From positions 19,592,001-19,656,000 of the forward strand of contig JBHGNT010000004.1 in the NCBI GenBank assembly GCA_043228905.1: a DNA stretch of 64,000 nt, given 5' to 3'. The notes below the pieces were generated by a model. The model did no database searches. It was given only the letters and a program-made list of their open reading frames with translations, and had not been told where the DNA came from. Position numbers and translations under genes: made by a program. Positions 60,001-64,000 of this stretch are shown here, one piece after another (within the stretch, counting starts at the first letter, position 1; every line of letters starts with the position of its first letter). Source of the stretch: Azolla caroliniana (taxonomy: Eukaryota > Plantae > Polypodiophyta).

Positions 60001-62584
60001 ACACAATCTCCGAAGTTTTGTTCTTCTCAAGAGCTCCGAGTTCTTCTTGCATGGCTGCTTTCCATTTTGGATCTTCTTTAGCAACCTGCCAACACTTGGG
60101 TAAAGTGACAGAGTCTAATGATGCAGTGAATGCTCTATGTGTAGCTGATATGTTAGAATAAGAGATAAATTGAGTAATATCATGAGGAAAACCATAACGA
60201 TCAGGAGGAACTCCTGCATTACTGCGAGTGGTCCTCCTAATCTCTATAGGAAACGGAGAGGAAATCATATCACCTGTGATTTCTGGGTTTGGAAGTTCTG
60301 TAGGTATTTTAGAAATCGAGGTAGGTCGGGACATGGAACTTGATGGCACATGTGGCACTGAAGATGTGGTCATATTTCCTTCTTTCTGCCTCCTCTTCCT
60401 TGTATACACCTTTAGCTCCCCCTCAGCTTGAGTCCCAACAAATATAGGCCCCGTCTTCGTATCCTTCTTCTGTACCGCCTACGCTCACTTATTTCTCAGT
60501 TGATGTAGGGATCTGTAAAGGAATTGATCCTATTTTTTGCAACCTCTCACCATTATCTCCTTCCCTCATATTTTCAGTCTCAATTAATTCATGAAAGGGT
60601 GAAGTTACCCCTTGTTTATAATATGTCTCTGACTCTCTGAAATGCACATCCATGCTTGCAAATAATCTCTTCTCTACTGGACTCTAGCAAACATAGCCTT
60701 TTTGTGTGGCAGAGGATCCCACAAATACACATTTTACAGCTTTAGGATCAAGTTTTCCTACAGATGGTCTATTGTCCTTTACAAAACACACACATCCAAA
60801 CACCTTCAAAGGAAGGATTCCAGAGTTATTGCCTTGCAACAACTCACATGGAGACTTCCACTCCAATACTCTAGAAGGCATTCTATTGATCAATGTGGCA
60901 GCCGTCAAAACTGCTTGTCCCCACAACTACTTTGGGACATTCATAGAAATCATCATGCTTCTTGTTACCTCTAGAAGATGTCTATTTTTCCTCTCTGCTA
61001 CTCCATTTAGTTCTGGTGTATATGGGCATGTAGTTTGATGGTGTATTCCTTGATCTAAGAGGTATGCCCTAAATGTGATGTTAGCATACTGTGTTCCATT
61101 ATCAAACCTCTTTTACTACTACACCATATTGAGTTTGAACTGCTCTATGAAAATCTTTAAAACAAGCAAATACTTCATTCTTTTTCCTCATCAAATATAA
61201 CCAAGTCACACGAGAGAAGCAGTCAATGAAAGAGACAAAATATCGATATCCATTAATAGAACTTGTGGAACATGGTCCCGAAACATCAGAGTGTATTACA
61301 TCAAATGCATGGGAACTCCTATGACTTGAACTAGCATATGAGCTTTTAGTAATCTTACCAAATTCACATGCATCACAAACAAGTTTTGTTTTATCAGCCT
61401 TTTCAAAAAGGTGTGGAGACACCCAACTCAAAACGCCATAAGAGGTATGTCCCATACGTTGGTGGTAAAGTATCAACAACTCCCCATAACTCATTTTAGA
61501 TCCCCTTACATCTGTTCCCTCTACCATGGATGTTAATGCTGAATCCAACCCTTCACAATCCAAATACCATAGTCCACTATGCCATGTGCTAGTCCCAAGT
61601 CTCCGACCTATCCCTTTCTCCTGGACTATCACCTTGGGAATATCAAAAGAAACAACACAATTTAGTTGGTGTATGATAGAACTTATGGATAATAAGTTTA
61701 CTGGGAAAGAAGGAGCATGCAACACATTAGACAATATCACAGGATTGAACCATCACTGAGACAACACAAATAATTGATGCAATGAAACCATCCCATCTGA
61801 CAATGATCAGTGTATTAATTAAAAATTTCTAAATCTTGAAAAACTGAGTTAATCAAGCTAGGGATTTTGGATGGAAAAGGATTGATCAATCTAAAACCCA
61901 ATCAATTAAGCGTCCATGTAAAGCTAAAGATAGCCAAATATTGATCTTAAACACATTTCAAACATGTCCAAGATCAGTAGAAGACCAATAATGAACATTT
62001 CAATAAGCTGTCATTGCGGCAACACAAGAAACTGAACAAAGAAAGTGTGCCATTTAGTGATTACCATTTACATAATTTCTAAAGCTTTAAAAATTTTGAC
62101 TTTGGATGTTCCGTTAGAAATCAGAAACTAGAGCAATTTGACAAAAATCTGAAACCCAAATAATTAAGCTTCCATTTCTACCTAAAGATGGGTGATTTTA
62201 AAACGCAGTTAAATATTGGCAAGACCTATAGCCAAAACCATAGTGCACATATTGATAGGACCAAAATACATAGGCAACAAAAATAGCATAACATTTAAAT
62301 ACATGCCTAGAAGTCTCAACATCAACTTTTTCTCTTTGAAAACTGCCTATTATGGCTTGAAATGAGAAAAGAAAAGAATCAAAACCTGTAGTTTCAACAT
62401 TGGACGACAATGCAGCTGGATTAGACCTGTGTGGTCTTTGCTTGGCCCTGGCCATGAATCCACTTGTTCTGCAAGCGAAATTGTCTTGGTACCATGAGCA
62501 ATACAAGGTTTTCTAATTGAAACTGAGATTGGAGCAGCAAACGTGTCTTTACTTGGCCAGATGTAGAATTATATCTATGCATCC
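57088..62584 (-). CDS. 3' exons of an unidentified host gene: 62584-62553, 62468-62386, 57516-57497, 57132-57088
   Basis: Four AG/GT-bounded segments join in phase to give GCIDIILHLAKTSGFMARAKQRPHRSNPAALSSNVETTGQYATTELARRLRGNTIDRPW*. Upstream exons presumably lie beyond the window. Confidence 0.65.
58397..61760 (-). mobile_element. Decayed 5'-truncated copia (Ale-like) with a short 3' LTR at about 58397-58584, in an intron of the predicted gene
   Basis: Integrase CDACEFGK and DVIHSDV; RT LAVYVDDIIITG; RNase H DRTKHIEINRFFIKEKV...QVADFLTKGL; PPT TGAGGGGGAG then TGTTGAG. Confidence 0.88.
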
Positions 62585-62914
62585 CTGTCTACATACAATA
62601 CACTGAAATAATTCAATATTTAACAAACAGGAATTCATAAATCATATGATAATTCTACCTTCCCTTAAAGTCCTAAGGATGACATACGCTAATGCAAAAA
62701 GTACACTCATAAAAAATAAAATCCAAATTGGTAAAACATTCATGTCAAACTATAATAATTATATCACATGCATATATAGGTACACATATGCATGTATATA
62801 ATTATTTATGTTACAAAATTAATTATATGAATGTCGTATAATTCTTTATATGGCCTGAACATCAATTTCCACATATGCATCCCTATCCACATCACAATAC
62901 ACTTTATTAAAATC

Positions 62915-63100
62915 GAAAAATGAGAAGGCACATTTGTTCAATAATATACATTGGTATGTCACAACAGGAGGGAGAAAATATAGAGATCGCTCATATGTAC
63001 ATGAGGAGAAAGTTCCTCTTTATAAAGGCCAAGATCTGGCCGTTGGGCTAACTAGCTGTTGGAAATAACTAGCCATTGGACTAGCCATTATAACTTTTAA
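62915..63100 (-). repeat. Second, truncated copy of the Ale-like LTR
   Basis: Shares TAATATACATTGGTATGTCACAAC...GAGGAGAAAGTTCCTCTTTATAAAGGCCAAGAT...CATTATAACTTTTAA with about 58415-58572. Confidence 0.85.
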
Positions 63101-64000
63101 TCCTTTGCGCGCACTTAAGGTGTTTGGTTGTGGGCTATGCCATAAATTGACTGATCATTCCGACCGGATAGTTGAGGTCCGCTCGAGTGATCGTTAAGTA
63201 GATGAGGCTTCCGATAATCTATCGAAACTATGTCGGGTTGCACGCCTTTCCCGAATGTCGGCGAAGCTTTACGTTTCTATCCAGAGGGGTCGAGATGGGC
63301 TTACAATCTGCCATCCCGAACTTGAAGAGTATATTCAGCGCATAATGATGCTGACTGATCAATATGCCTTCGGGTGAACGGATCACTTCGATCCCGAGGA
63401 AGTAATGAAGATCTTCAAGATCCTTCATTTCGAACGATGCCACAAGCTGAGACTTTACACAGTGAATTTCTTCCAAGTCAACACTGGCGATGACTAAATC
63501 ATCAACATAAAGTAAAAGACAAACTAGTCCATGTCGACCTTGTCGAACAAATAACGAAGAGTATGATTTGGACGTCGTAAACCCCATTCTACGCAACCGT
63601 TGCATAATCTTCGCGTTCCGAGCTCGCGGGGCTTGCTTAAGGCCGTATGACGCCTTCTTCAATCAGCAAACTGCCGAAGTGTTCTGTTCGGATAGAAATC
63701 CGGGGGGTTGTACAATGTACACCTGTTCCTCAAGATCACCTTGCAGGAACACATTGTTTACATCCATTTGATGTAGATGCCACCCCTTCGCCGCAACTAC
63801 GGCTAGTAGAACTCGTACGATAGTCATCTTCGCGACAGGCGTGAAGGTCTCGTCGTAATCGACATTGTGCTTCTGCGCGTAGCCTTTCGTAACCAAACGA
63901 GCCTTATATCAATTGACGGAACCATCGGTGTTGTATTTCACCTTATACACCCATCTACATCCGATCGGCTTTACACCTTTCGGTACGTCAACCAGGTCCC
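63101..64000 (-). mobile_element. Copia RT fragment (related to 27874-32114), running off the right edge
   Basis: [51 protein letters not shown]. Confidence 0.9.

Overview
This is eukaryotic plant nuclear DNA, by inference a non-seed land plant such as a fern or bryophyte. About two-thirds is nested LTR retrotransposons. There are two intact Tnt1/Tork-like Ty1/copia elements (9172-14652 and 40858-46353), the second nested in a decayed copia (39220-50143), plus decayed Ty3/gypsy and copia remnants, solo LTRs and a hierarchical 75-bp tandem array. Host genes are a complete five-exon pectin methylesterase (minus strand, 35504-38104) and four small in-phase 3' exons of an unidentified gene (minus strand, 57088-62584). 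Three signals stand out. (1) Seven TGTCRT-type LTRs each carry a tRNA-like A-box/B-box module at tRNA spacing, always antisense and upstream of the LTR TATA box. (2) Three of these LTRs show covarying Tf1-type self-priming PBSs. (3) One insertion is a fold-back U3-R-U5-PBS-inverted-U3 element with a clean 5-bp TSD. All coordinates were read by eye and no database searches were run.
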